NCBI RefSeq assembly: GCF_001194135.2
Contig: NC_068981.1
Coordinates: 190,787,555-190,851,554, forward strand
DNA: 64,000 bases
Reading direction: 5' to 3'
From: Octopus bimaculoides
Taxonomy: Eukaryota
Part shown: in pieces, positions 12,648 through 26,470 of the stretch
Position numbering within the stretch: position 1 is the first letter of the stretch
How the letters are laid out: each line of letters starts with the position of its first letter
Position numbers and translations under genes: made by a program
Notes under the pieces: model-generated
What the model was told of the DNA's origin: nothing
Database searches by the model: none
The model's input: the letters and a program-made list of their open reading frames with translations, nothing else

Positions 12648-14771
12648 GTAAGTAAAAACAATTTTTGATGGAAGTTTACAATTCTTTTTATATTTAATCT
12701 GTAATGTTTTTGTTGTACTCCAGTGAACCATAATGTGCAGCAGTTGGTGTTGTGTTGCCTCAGTCATATAGGGATGGTTGGCCAAACATCTAAGTTTGAT
12801 CCACAGATCCAAATTGCCAGATTTCCATCCAGTTAAGAATCATAAAGCACATTCTCATATTCATAGTTGATTTATATGTGACGCAGTATGGCACTTTGGA
12901 TGTGCTGTACACTGGCTACAGTCGTCTTTCTTTGCATGTATCATTATGGAACACTTTACCAATAGTTGTTCTAAGTTTTTAGTACATATCGATAGCTAAC
13001 ATTAAATTAAGTACTTTCATTTGACTTTAAAATATTTAAGAAATCTAAAATGTTGTGTGTTTCTTCAACATCATCCAGCTGACATGATTCTCACATCTGA
13101 TGACAGGCTGCAGCTGCTCTCTATAACTTTTCCATTTGGCTTTCATTTTGATCATCATCATGAGAGTGGTGTTTTCTAGTCCATTTGCTAGTAATTTCAA
13201 TCTAGTAGCTTACAAATAACTGCAGTTAACTCTATAGTAATCTACATATTGAGTCCACAAGTGGTGGTGAGAGGATTGGTGGAAACAAAGCTTCATTATG
13301 AGCCTGCCTTCTTTGATCCTCTCACTCATTTCTTATCTCTTACCACCACTCTTCCATACACTCTTGCAACCCCTACCTATCCACATTTCTTGTTCTGTCC
13401 CCACTCTTACTCACCTTGTGTCTTGAAGATCCACACCGATACCTCATCACCCCTACTTTTTTCTATCTTTCCAGTTCCATTGCAACCCCCTCCCATGCTC
13501 TCTTCTGTAATGTGAGTAGTTGTGTCTGTTCCTTACTTGTTCTGGCCCTTCATCCCATGGCATAAAGGTCCCTCTACTGTGGCCCCACTCATTCTCAAGA
13601 GGTCTTGCTGACTGGATGCCACCTCACTAGTGCTGGTACCTCAAGAAAAAAAAAAAAAAACTACCCCGTACATGCTGTAAAGTACTTAGCATTAGGAAAG
13701 GCCTCTAGACATAGAAACCATGTGAAAGTAAGCATCAGAGCACAATGCAGCCTTTGGGCCCATTGGATCCTCTCAGACTGCCCAACCCATGCCAGCATGG
13801 AATATCAATAGATGTGACTGGCACCTGCGCCAGTGGAGCACTAACAGCACTGTCCAAGTGTGTTCATTGCCAGAGCAGCTGTCTGGCTTCCATGCTAGTA
13901 GCCTGTAAATAGCACCATTTGAGTGTAATCGCTACCAGCGTCGCCTTCTAGCACTTGTGCTGGTGGCATGTTAGAAAATCATTCAAGCGAGGTCGTTGCC
14001 AGTGCCGCTGGACTGGCTCCCATGCAGGTTGCATGTAAAAAACACCATTTTGAGCATGGCCGTTGCCAGCACCACGTGACTGGCCCTCGTGCCGGTGGCA
14101 TGTAAAAGCACCCACTACACTCTCGAAGTGGTTGGCATTAGGAAGGGCATTCAGCTGTAGAAACTACTTCCCTCTTGATTTATGTTGCGGTGTGTAACCT
14201 AGCGGGACATTTGGTGAGGTTGCAAGTAGTATATTCATTACGCAAGTGTATTTCATATTGTTTTTTTTATTCTGAATATTTGCACTTTGAGTGTGTTGTC
14301 ATGTCTTCTGATTAATGTAGTGCTTTTTGTAGTATCTGTATAACTGCTGCAGACTTTTGTGTATGAGTTCTTTTCTGTGGCATGGTCTGCTCTCTTTTAT
14401 TGAAATGTAATTTGGAAAGTGAAGAATCATGTGTTGAGACTTGTAATTTTATTTCTCGTATAATAATGACATGACTGTCATGTTTGATGAAGTATTTTAG
14501 TTCCATAAAGGTATTTTTTAGGCCATTAATGTTGTATTACATTTCTAAGAAATCTTTTTGCATCTTGTTTATATTGGTTATATTTTGTTTATATTGGTTA
14601 CTTCTGCTGTTTCTGTGTATTCTATGTATGAAATGCTTACCATTTGAATTGATTGTGAAGTTATGAATGTATGGAAGGAGATAATGGCAACACTTTTGAC
14701 TTTCTTTTTATATTTTGTAATTTGGGATTTGTAAATATGTTTGACATTTTTTTGCTTGTTCATGACGCATG

Positions 14772-14847
<76 letters not shown>

Positions 14848-15329
14848 TATATTGTTGAGTTGTTCCTACCTTTGAAAGTGTTCCATTTGTCATTTCATGC
14901 AGCTCCATCACATTCCAAGTAATTCGACACTTTATGTTTAACTGCATGAATTCTTGATGTTCAACAGCTATGCTTTCCTAGAATGAATCTTTACCATCCA
15001 ATCGACCTTCTAGGAATGCTAAGACCATCTTATCTCATTTTCTGCTATATCATATCCATTTTATTCATCCATTTATATGACAGAACAGTGGAATTTGAGA
15101 GCAATTTAGCAGCAATTTCTAACAGGTTGATGCTTCTTTGTTGACTTGTGAAAATTGAAGTAGATGTGGATAAATTTAAGATCTTTCAATGGTGATTTAT
15201 TACAGAAAATGAAAAATAGTTGCTATGCCATTGTGTTTGATATCAGAATGTCGTTTGTAAAACACTCACTCACTCCAAGTGAGTAACAAAATACATACTA
15301 GCCAGAAAAGAAATGACTTCCATTTTCTT

Positions 15330-15690
15330 TTGTAAATATCCATTCATCCATCCATACATACATTTTCTTTGTCCACTATTTCTGAGAAATTTGTTGGGTA
15401 GAGTCCTGTAGCACATCCTCCATAGGGTTCTACCAGAAGCAACTGTCATTACACTTTCTGACTGGAATCCTAAGCATAGCCAACAGAGATGATGGACATT
15501 ATCTAACCATTTTATTCTTGGTCTACCCCTAAGTTTCCTGCTAGTTGGCTTGGTATGAAGAATCTGTCTTGTGACTTTTTCCTGCAACATTCTAACCTTA
15601 TGTCTGTAGTACCAGAGTTGGGACTTCTCAATGCAGAGAAGTAGCAATTTGATTTGGAAAGACTCACTGATCTTCAAGTTATACTCCTTG
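15330..15690 (-). mobile_element. RTE-clade LINE 3' fragment
   Basis: KSQLWYYRHKVRMLQEKVTRQILHTKPTSRKLRGRPRIKWLDNV..VASGRTLWR matches the RTE ORF C-terminus (GHVxRM..RGRPRxRWxD..A.DR..WR). Confidence 0.85.
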
Positions 15691-16319
15691 TTGAATAATG
15701 TTACTCTAGAGATAATTTACAATCCATACCAAACATAAAAGGAGGGGGCGGAATGACAATGAAAAATGTAGAAAATAAAGACTTCAATCTTATTAAGTCT
15801 TTTAAGACTTTGTTAAATTACCTTCTGAGAATTTTTTTTTTTTTTTTGAAACATATGAGATTTTCATTGCTAATAATGGTTCAGAATATCTGTGATGGGA
15901 TACCAAAATATGTTATTAACCGAGATATTAAATCTAGTATTGGCTTGGTTGATGTCACAATTCTACTATAAATCTATTGTTACAGTAGTAAAATCTTATT
16001 AATAGATCTATTTAAAGATAGAATAGAATAAATTTATTGATTGACACTAATAAATTCTTTAACAGATCATTTTGGAATTGAAAATTGACTGGATATTGAT
16101 TTCTTGTTTAAATAGAAAACACATTTTTTTTTTTTAATTTGGAAAAGGAAAAGACATAGAGTCATATTACTGGTACAGATTTAATGACCCAGAAAGATTT
16201 CTATCGAGTCTGGCTGTTTACAGTAGACACCGATACAACTAATCTAATGTATACTTTAATTTAGAGCTAGCCCATTCATATTTGTTAGAATTGTCAATAT
16301 GATAAATAGAATAATATAT

Positions 16320-16745
16320 GCACTGGCATGGCTGTCTGGTGAAGATGTTTAATTTGCAACCTAGTGGTTTCAGGCCCAGTTTCATTGTATGGTATCTTAG
16401 ACAAATGTTGCTTTATTATACAGCCCTGGGTCAACTAAAGCCATGTCAGTGAATTTGGGATGGAATCTGAAAATAAGCCCATTGTGTGTATGACAGTGTG
16501 TGTGTGTGTTAGTATGTACATATGTGTATATGTAGGTACATATTTGTGTGTATGTCTTGTCTTGACCATTTTCAACAAATCTCATTGTCATACAAACTGT
16601 GTCGTTTGTTTGCAGTCTTCTTGCTGCCAACATTCATCTGCCTTCCAGTCAAAGTCATATTTTCCCCCAGGGTAAAATATCACTTTCATTGGAAGCAGAT
16701 GAAAGTTGGTGACTGGAAAAGCATCCAGCCATAGAAAATCTACCT
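16320..16745 (+). mobile_element. OR-type head with an RTE-tail 3' module
   Basis: Head, CORE-like domain and GT hinge, followed by a different 3' module ending GGAAAAGCATCCAGCCATAGAAAATC. Confidence 0.65.
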
Positions 16746-19454
16746 TTAACAAAACCTTATTATCTAATAAAATATAGTTGCTGTTTAACCTGAAGTCAGT
16801 CCTGACTGAGGAGATCTGTGATTAAAGGCATTTCCAACTTTTATTCAGACATTGTGTATCTAGGAATACATTAGTCAATGTGTCCTTCTTGTGTAATAGG
16901 GAACATTTGGGTAATATTTCTAACAGGTTTGGTGACCACATATAGCAGAGGTTGGGGAACATTTTTAACCAATTACCCACAAAATATATTTATTTATGTC
17001 GATGTTTCCCCCCTTATTTGAAAGGAAGAAAATCATAGATTATTTTAATTCAAAAGGTTTATTGAATTTATTCATATGGAGAATACAGTTATAAATATAA
17101 AAAGTATAAAACAAATGTAATAAATTACACCTGCTACACTAGTGGCCTCAAGTCAATTCTAAATAAACAAATTGATGATCAAAGATATTCCAGTTTTGAC
17201 CATCCTGTCTTTGTATGTCCAACACTAAATTGTCTAATGTAATAGGGACTTGATCTGAGGAGATTTGGCTGTTATTTCTAGCAGACAAAGCTTATATTGA
17301 TTTGTATTTAGGTACGCGATAACAAGTTTATAAAGCCAGTGAGGAAAAGAAACGATATTTTGACAGTCATAATCTTCATGAGCATCTTATGATATAAAAT
17401 GAAGTGAAACAGCTCCCAACAATAATGAAAATCACTTCATTAAACCCTCCTATGAGATCTTTGCTTCTGTTCTCCTTTTCTTTCTCTGTTATGTTTTAAT
17501 CTTGAATATTAATGTTTATTGTAATTAACAATATATGTTATATTAGCAATATTTAGATTGAGCACAATTCAGCTATATAAACTAATGAGTTATCGTCTAA
17601 AATAAATTAAAATGTATTTTTGTTTAACGAAGGCTTGAACATCAAATATATTATCTAAATTATTATTGTTCTCTTTGATAATTACTTCAACATATATTTT
17701 TAAGTTTACTTTATTTTTCTGATCATAAAATATTAAATGATGTATGTATGTATGTATGTATGTATGTATATCTTTGTTATTCTTTCAATATATTACTACT
17801 AGAAAATAAAAAAAAGATATAATGTAGAATGGTTGTATAACTAATGTTTATATTCTTAACTTTGTGTTTAATTGAAAATGAAACTATAAAGCCTCTTTCT
17901 AATAAATGTAATTACATCCCCCTCCCCCAATTTTTTGATATTTTTAATTTTGGTAAATAAACAAATTTAAGTTTATTAATTCTAAACTGCTTCTTTCATA
18001 TGGAATTTGTCTTTCTCATAAACCATAAGTCTACCAAAGTCCTGCATCCAGGGAAATATTGTTTATGCAAATGGAATCTAAACGACTTAAATTAAACTAT
18101 TTCACGAACATAGAACATCATTATTGCTGCCATCACTCGACGTCTGTTTATTGGTTCTGGCAATTTTTGGTTGGGTCCACAGCAAAGCAAAACGGCTGAG
18201 ATGTTTCATTATTGGTTCCAAGGTTTTGTAGTATTTATTAATTCCAACAACCTGTCCTCTGAGTTCTAATCCTGTCAAGATCAAATTTTGCTTTCCATTC
18301 TTTCTGGGTTGATTAAAAAGTACTTACCCAGGGTATTGGATTAGCAGAATTGTTACAGGGTCAGGTGAGATACCTTGCAGTATCACTTCTTGCCATTTGA
18401 ATAATCATAGTAACACCTGCAATGATACTGGGGCCAGGCTGTATCAGCCCAATGAGGTAGACTTTATTCTCTTGGATAGACATCACTGGCATGGAGAGAA
18501 GAGATTTGTTTATATGGACAGCTGCCAGTCTTCCTAAAAGAGATCTTACCCAGGCCTGTGCATACAAGTACAGAGCCATGATCTACCTAGACTGCTGAAG
18601 ATCCTAATACACACTGGTTGGGTTTGCAGTGCAGAGAATGGTCATTTTATTTTTGGTGTGCAGACATGGCTCTTTGATTAAAAAGTCTACTTTTGCAACT
18701 GTGTGGTTTCAAGTTCATTCTCACCATGTGGCACCTTTGGTAAATACTTTCTACCAGGGTCTCAGGTCAACAAAAGCCCCATGAGTGATATTTGGTCAAC
18801 AGAGACTGGAACCCTAACAGAGGGACTTTTTCTGTTCATGTGCTGTGGACTGTGTCTATTGCTGGTATTTGAACCAGGTTTTCCAATTAAGGACACCTTA
18901 CTCCTAACAGTTTTAGGGACCCTGAAAAAAAAAAGGAAAGTCATGAGCGCTGTTCCTCCTTTGACATTTCAAAAGTGAGGAATGACATCTAGATATCAGT
19001 GCATGGCTTAATGGTTTGAGTTTTGGGTTCATAGTCGTACGGTTGTGAGTTTGATTGTTGGCAGCACATTTATGTCCTTGAGCAAGATGCCTTAGTTCAC
19101 CTGGCACCAGGACCAGCCTGGTCACGTTGTGTGTAATGCTGAATCTCCTTGAAAACAATGTCAAGGGTACAGGGTACACATGTCTGTGGAGTGCTAAGTC
19201 ACTTGCATGCTAACTTCACCAGCAGACTGTTCCATTGACAGGATCAACTAGAATCCTCATCATAGTAACCAACTGAGTGCCAGTTAAATTCTATGAGTTG
19301 TTCAAGCGTAGTTGATCCAGCTTCTTGAGCTTTAGGTTCAAATCCCTCTGCAGCCAACTTTACCTTTCATCTTCTGGAATAAAAAAAGTACCGATAGAAA
19401 CTGCTGGAATTATTAAATAATTATTTTGCGATGATTTGCAGTGTTTGTCCTGGT

Positions 19455-19612
19455 CAGGGGTGGACTGAGCCATCGGTCAATCAGGCACTACTTGAGGGCC
19501 TGGAGCTCTGAGGGGCCCACACCCTGCATGTTAACTCTGCTAAAACATACATTCAAAGGGGTCCGGTAAACAGTTATGCCCAAGGGCCCTTAATACACTC
19601 AGTCTGCCCCTG
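19455..19612. mobile_element. hAT-type MITE
   Basis: TIRs CAGGGGTGGACTGAG / CTCAGTCTGCCCCTG; 8-bp TSD GTCCTGGT / GTCCTGGC. Confidence 0.8.
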
Positions 19613-20816
19613 GTCCTGGCTCTTCGCATTCTGAGTCAAATCATACTTTTCTCTAGATGAATGGTAGACTTAGTCCATTGCCCAGTATAGCACCATCAAT
19701 GTGACCATCACCACTTTGAGTACGTCTGGCAGATTCCACTCTGTTGCAAGTAATTCAGGCCCAGTCTGCTATTTGAGGATGCCATATGCTGTTCCTTCCT
19801 CTGTCTTAGAGGACTTATAAAGAGTCATGAGCCATCCATTCCCTCTTGAGGAATGGGGAGGTCTGTCATGAGCCCTAGGATTCATAAAGGTTGGAGCTCA
19901 GTCTAGTTTCCATGTTGAATAAGTAACTGGGATTACAACATTCCCTTTTGAAAGGGACACAGGTCTGTTGCCAGGTTAACTTCCCAGTTAATTGCTGGAG
20001 TTTGTTTATAGCTGAGTTGACTGGAGCAATGTGAAATGAGGTTATTTGCTCAAGAACACAACACGTCACCCGGTCCAAGAATTGAAATCACGACCTTATG
20101 ATCATGAATGTGACACCTTAATCATTAGGCTATACACATGCAACTGGCTCTCCTCTACAGAATTGTTAGCACACGAGACAAAATGTTTAGTGGCTTTTCC
20201 TCTGTCATTTATGAAGTTCAACACCTGCCAAAGTCAACTTTACTTTTCGTCCTTTCAGGTTCACTAAAATAAGTACCAGTATGCACTGGGGTCAATGTAA
20301 TTGACTTACTCCCTTCCCTTATACTTGTCAGTCTTGTGCCAAAATTTGAGACCAATAAGAGCTATACATTCTCTCTTAGATTACTTGTGGTCAGCCTTGC
20401 ATGCAATTCTTCTTTACACATCCAGCAAACCCTATTAAACTTATTTCTCTCCAGCTTTCATTGTCATACAAGCATGTCTCGTTATCATACATGCATCATG
20501 CTCTTTACGCATGTTTCACATGGGAATAATTAGTCAACATGGAGAAACAAAGTTAAAATAAGATTAATTGGTGAATCTAATTTATTACTGTTCCTTGAAC
20601 ATGACAACATCCTACGTCATTATGTTTCAAACCAGCTCATTATTTTTAAATTGCTCAGAGAAAAATCTTTATTTTTTATTTTATTCCATTCATCGAAGTT
20701 AGTTGACATGAAACATTACTTGGGGATCAATTAAGTAAATATGCTCATAAGTAATAAAAAATAAAATATTTCCGATTATTATTTTTTTTTTTTCTCTTCT
20801 ATATTCAATTTTTCAG

Positions 20817-20850
20817 TTGTAGTTTTTATGTTAATCCTTAAAGCTAATGG
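20817..20850 (+). other. Candidate 34-nt exon
   Basis: Long polypyrimidine tract + TTTTTCAG| and GG|GTAAAT; only the phase-1 frame (VVFMLILKANG) is open. Confidence 0.3.
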
Positions 20851-21711
20851 GTAAATATAATATTAGATCTTGGCTCTGATGCCTCTTATCAATAGATTTT
20901 CACAGCTTTCTTTTCAAGTTATGTTTTTTTTTAAATAAACGGATTTTAAAAGCCATGGGGTTTCAGTGTAATAAACATTCATCTTTCAAAAATTGCCAAA
21001 ACAATTCAGTCGATTATTTGTTCCCCTTTTTATGTTTACATAAACGCCATTTGTTATCCAAATACAAAGACTATCAAAAAGAAGGGTGTCATTTTATGAA
21101 AACACCAACAAAGATATATTTTACAAACCGTCTGTTTTTATAGATTGCTACCTAATTACTCCAGTCACATAAATGTGGCAGTGTTTTAAATTAATGGGTA
21201 ATGGATTGGCAGTATCATTCTTTGCATATTTGTATATAGCCTTGTATAGTCTGAGTTCAAATTCAACTTGGGTTAGCTTATCCTTTTACCTTTCTGGTGC
21301 CAGTAAAATAAATACCAGTTGAATACTGAAGTTGATTTCTCAATTATACCCAACCCCTGAGACTTGTGGCCTATGTAAGAAATTTAATATTTGATCTTTA
21401 CCAGCGTCGCCTTACTGGCACATTAGAAAATCATTTGAGCGAGGTCGTTGCCAGTGCCGCTGGACTGGCTCCTGTGCAGGTGGCACGTAAAAAACACCAT
21501 TTTAAGCATGGCCGTTGTCAGTACCGCGTGACTGGCCCTCGTGCCAGTGGTATGTAAAAGCATCCACTACACTCTCAGAGTGGTTGGCATTAGGAAGGGC
21601 ATCCAGCTGTAGAAACTCTGCCAGATCAGATTGGAGCCTGGTGCAGCCATCCAGTTCACCAGTCCTCAGTCAAATCGTCCAACCCATGCTAGCATGGAAA
21701 GCAGACGTTAA

Positions 21712-21758
<47 letters not shown>

Positions 21759-22544
21759 CTTCCTGGCATTGGACTCACAGAATTGTTAGTCAGACTGAAA
21801 CCTGACCCAGTGTGTTTACACCTTTCTGTCTACAAAATATAGTGGATGGCTTTCTTATGGGTTCAAATACACCTCAAGCATATTTGAATGAGTTTGTATT
21901 TATACACAACACTGCTTAGTAACACATCAGTGCTTAGTGATGTCACCCCATAAATACTTTTTGTATTTAACCATGGTCCTTTACATTTTAAATCTTGCTA
22001 GTAAATACTAGGATCAATAAAATATGACCCACTCCAAAAGGTGTAACCTTGTATTGATATTAAATCATTAATTAAACTATTGAGCATGCAATTTGTTATC
22101 TTCCCATTGAAACCGTCAGACTTTGTAATTTGTCCCAGAATTGCTGGGATTATTTAAAGAGTTATTTTGTTGCTATTTTTTTGTTACTTTGGAATAGTGT
22201 CTATGACCTGTACCGGCCCTTCTAGACTGATGAAATTGATGCCATTAGTGTTTTCCTTAAGCATTTATAAGTTAATAACTTCTGGGAAAGATATGTTCTG
22301 AAAGAGGAAATTCCAGAGCCAATGTTCTATGAAGGAAATATTGGACATAATGATTAGTGTAGGGCCTGAGGAGTTAAACACAACATTGTAGTACATCATT
22401 AGATAGATTTTTATTAGATTTTGTGTAGGAGCTACGTTCTATTTTTCTTAACATTTATGAAAAAATCAACAGATTTTTACTTTCATGCTAAATGTGTGCA
22501 TCTTTTCTGTTCTTCCACTTCATCATCATCATCATCATCACCAC

Positions 22545-22583
<39 letters not shown>

Positions 22584-22722
22584 TATCATAATTATGTCTG
22601 CTTTTCCATATTTTAATGGGTCACATGAAATTCATTGAAGCAAATTTTCTGTGGCTGGACAATCTTCTGACCATCAAGCCTCACTACTTACTTATAAGCA
22701 AGGTAATATTTCCCTATCAAAA

Positions 22723-22788
<66 letters not shown>

Positions 22789-22864
22789 GATAATCTTCCG
22801 CTTTTCCTGTATCAAATTCACTCACAAACTTTTAGTTGGCCCAGTACTGAACTCATAACTGTCA

Positions 22865-23450
22865 AGTCATTGTCGTTTAACATCCGCTTTCCATGCTGGC
22901 ATGGGTTGGACGGTTTGACTGAGGGCTGACAAGCCAGGAGACTGCACCAGGCTCCAATCCGATCTGACAATGTTTCTACAGCTGGATGCCCTTCCTAATG
23001 CCAACCACTCCGAGAATGTAGTGGGTGCTTTTTACATGCCACCAGCATGAAGGTCAGTCAGGTGGTAGTGGCATCAGTTGCGCTTGAATGGTGCTTTTTA
23101 CATGCCACCAGCATGGGAGCCAGTCAGGCGGCACTAGCAACGACCATGCTCAATTGGTGCTTTTTATGTGCCACCGGAACAGGAGCCAGTCAGGTGGCAC
23201 TGGCATCGACCTCACTTGAATGGTGCTTTGTATGTGCCACTAGCACAGGTGTCAATTGGGCAATACTGTCATCGGCATGACAACGACTTCACTTACCTCA
23301 GCAAGTCTTTGCAAGCGCAGTTTATTGCCCAATGATTGAAGTGTCCTCTTAAATGGACTGGTTATGCTGCACTCGCATAGGACACGGTTAGGGACTCACT
23401 TGGCTTGCTAGGTCTTCTCAAGCACAGCATATCTCCAAAGGTTTTAGTGA
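22865..23450 (-). mobile_element. RTE-tailed SINE (further minus-strand copies at ~402-720, 3575-3800, 5936-6365, 7326-7530, 10149-10255, 24095-24460, 28335-28500, 43480-43650, 48021-48180, 52741-53175 and 53815-54065)
   Basis: (CAT)n-TTTAACGTCC..TTCCATGCTGGCATGGGTTGG..GCTGGATGCCCTTCCTAATGCCAACCAC. Confidence 0.85.
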
Positions 23451-25079
23451 ATTTCTTAAACTGCCAAGCCTGTATTTGTCTGTCTTCCTTTAGTAAATGA
23501 TATTGATTTTACCTGTCACAGCATCTTCAATCTTTCATCTTTTACATGCTTCAGTCATTGGACTGCAGCCATCCTGAAGTACCACCTTAAAGACTCTAGC
23601 CAAACAAAGTGATCCCAGCACATGTTTTTAAACTCTTATTCTAAGCTAAGTACTTAGTCTTGTGATCTCTATTTATGACCCTGCTAAGTTACAGGGACAT
23701 AAACAAACCAACCCCAGTTGTCAAGCAGTGATGGCAGACAAACACACACACACATATGTATATATGATGAGCTTCCACACAGTTTCAGTCTGCTGAATTT
23801 TCTCATAAGCCCTTGGTTGGTCCTCAGGTATTGTAGAAGACACTTTGCCTTGATTGCCATTTTGGGGATTTGAACCCCAAACCAGTCAGTTGCAAAGCAA
23901 GTAATATTAAAGTGTAAATTAGATTTTATGTCATCACAGCATAAATATATGAATAAGTTTGCTTTTTTTTTTTCTGTTTTTATAATTGCCATTGTAGGAA
24001 TGACAGTGTTTATGACATTTGCAGACTGTCACAGACAGAGAAATATAAGATGTCATTAATATTGTTTTGTTACTTTTTTATATCCTAATTTATGAACATC
24101 ATCATCATCATCATCATCATCATCATTTAACAAGTTTTCTGTGCTGACATGGGTCGGACTGTTCAACTGAAGCTGGTGAGCCAGAGGATTATTCCTGTCT
24201 TCATTATCTGTTTTGGCATGGTTTCTACAGCTGGATGCCTTTTCTAACACCAACCATTTTACAGAGTGTACTGGGTGCTTTTTATGTGGCCCTTCCACTA
24301 GTGAGGTCATGAAGTAACTTGTAAGACAAGGCCCTGTAACAAAGCGGGTGTGTAGTATTTAGGGAGATGGCTTTATGCCAGTTGATGAGAGGTTAAAGTA
24401 CGATACAGGTACAGTATTAGGTACCTTGCTACAGGTGAGATATATGGCTACTCTTGTAGGAAAAAAAAAAGGATGATGGAATATTCTCAAGCTACATTAT
24501 GGAGGAGTGAAGGGAGACTTTGGGACCCGAAGCAAATGGGGAAGAGTGACATTGGGGACCGGAAGCTAGGGGAATTGACATCATGTCAAGAAGCAGGGCA
24601 TTTGAATAGCACCTTTCTTCATGGGAATAGATGTGTATAAGTGATCTTAGGAGGGAGAGCAGTTTCTGGCCAGAGATTGGGGTAGTGTACACATATGGGT
24701 ACAATTGAATTCTGCTGGTTCTTGTGATGCAAAGCTGGATAATCTGCTTAGATTTCACCTCAGAGTAAGATCATCCTTATTTTTGGCTTTTCCTTCTACA
24801 GGAAGGTGACTGTAACTGAAGAGGTATAGATAGTAAGTTCACAGGAGTGTGAGAGGTGAGTGGAAGATGGATAGAGATGGGATTGAGAGAAATACAGTGT
24901 GTAATGAACATGGGTGGAAACATGACCGGTTACTGGTCTCTTCCAAGCCTATCATTGGGTCACTGGATTTATGGTGGCGAGGGTGACAAAGGGGTGTCTG
25001 GAAACTGGTTGTTTTTATGGAAAGAGCATGAATTTGGTAGATAGAAAATGCAGAAAGCCTGTTTTTACCCTTTTATTTG

Positions 25080-25430
25080 TTTCAGTCATGCACCACCTCG
25101 AAGAATTTTACTCCAACGAATTGGCCCCAAGACCTATTTCTTTTTAAGCCAGGTGCTTATTCTATTAGTCTCTTTTGCTGAACCACTAAGTCACATGGAT
25201 GTAAACACACTAACTCCAGTCGTCAATTGGTAGTAAGGTGACAAAAACAGGTGCCAAAACATATACACACAGACACCTAGATACTGCAGGCTTCTTTTAG
25301 TTTCCGTCTACCAAATTCACACACAAGGTTTTTGTCAGCCTGAGGCTATTGTAGAATACACTTGCTCAAGGTGCCATGCAGTGGAACTGAACCCAAAACC
25401 ATGTGGTTGTGAAGCAAACTTCTTACCAGA
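25080..25430 (-). mobile_element. OR-type SINE (further minus-strand copies at ~7545-7700, 23570-23900, 34620-34935, 36510-36780, 61880-62037 and 63395-63725)
   Basis: Reverse complement of the 1151-1876 family: TTTCAGTTTCCGTCTACCAAAT..CACAAGG..TTGCCCAAGGTGCCA. Confidence 0.8.
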
Positions 25431-25869
25431 TAGTCTTGCCTGCACCTGTTTGATATTCCATGTTTGTCACCATTTAAGCTACATGGTGATGATATTAACA
25501 CACCTTAATGGCGGCATTATGATTGTTCATTTGCACTTTGAAAGACCTCTGAGAATTCCCAAGCTATTGGTCAGCTCAAGGTTATGGCAGAAGACCGCTA
25601 TGGTGTCATGGCATGCTGTGGTATTGAACCTGGAACCATGTAGTCTCAAAGTCAACTTTTTAACCACACAACCACAACTGCATCATTCTATAACTTGTTC
25701 TCTATAGATTGCAAAAGATAGTTAAGACACATCAAACGTAAAATGATCCCAATTTTTAGGTCTTCGTCTGTTTAATAACTTAATAGGCCTAAATTTTACT
25801 AGAAATTAATTTATAGATTGACCATTTCCATTTTCAAAGGAAAAAGAAGAGAGAGATGGTGCTTCCATC

Positions 25870-26190
25870 TTCTCAGAACTCTGCCACAAATTAACCATCT
25901 GATAATATTCCTTCATTTCTCTGAACTCTTTGATGCGGAATATTAAATTGACTCTCTGCTGTATTTCATCTGAGTGCTTCTGAAAGCCATATTTCTATTG
26001 AAAGTAAAAGTTTCAAGAATTAAACCTGAGTTTCTCTGCTTCTAATAATTTCGGCAAATGATATCTGATCTACTTCTGGCACTTATTTAAATTTTCTTTA
26101 CTTGTCCTTTAGTATATCATTGCATTGTCTTTGTTTTATATGTCATCCAAGTCAGATATATTTCCTTTGAGATAATTCAATACTTCTAGT
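25870..26190 (-). mobile_element. Highly degraded LINE reverse transcriptase fragment
   Basis: The minus-strand translation KC..IRYHLPKLL..KYGFQKH..VNLIFRIKEFRE loosely follows the RT domain 0-2 pattern; many stops. Confidence 0.3.
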
Positions 26191-26470
26191 ATGTAAGCCA
26201 TTTAATGAGCATATTAATTATTTGCTTTATTAATCTATGTAAATTAATGCCTTTGCAGTGAAATGAAATGATGGAGACTAGTACCTTACCCAAAGTCACC
26301 AATATGAAGCGAGACAAATTCATGACTAAACTAACACGCCAAAGACTCAGCTTTTGCAATTATTACGAAATAAATGCTAACATATTTAATAAGAGAGGAG
26401 TATAGTAATGTTCATTAATCAATATTCACCTGTATCGTGAAGAGTTAAAACAGTGCTGAACAGAGTTTTA

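Larger units (their letters stand above)
10808..13225 (+). repeat. Diverged ~270-bp direct repeat (10808-11075 and 12943-13225)
   Basis: Shared blocks ATTATGGAACA, AAGTTTTTAGTACATATC, CTTTAAAATATT, CAGCTGAC..ATTCTCACATCT, GCTGCTCTCT.TAACTTTT and CAAATAACT; the indels are not frame-preserving. Confidence 0.8.

Noticed and set aside
17311-17400. CpG-containing segment with exon-like frames on both strands
   Set aside because: The splice signals are weak or one-sided and no family is recognisable.
18725-18921. Minus-strand exon with a strong acceptor and donor
   Set aside because: All frames contain stops before the donor; the acceptor is a poly-A run within probable LINE debris.
22076-22357. 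Protein-like frame TIEHAICYLP..WNSVYDLYRPF*TDEIDAISVFLKHL*VNNFWERYVLKEEIPEP
   Set aside because: Two internal stops and no recognisable family (only a faint hAT-like WNS). The stop density is not convincingly below chance; a tblastn/HMM search would settle it.
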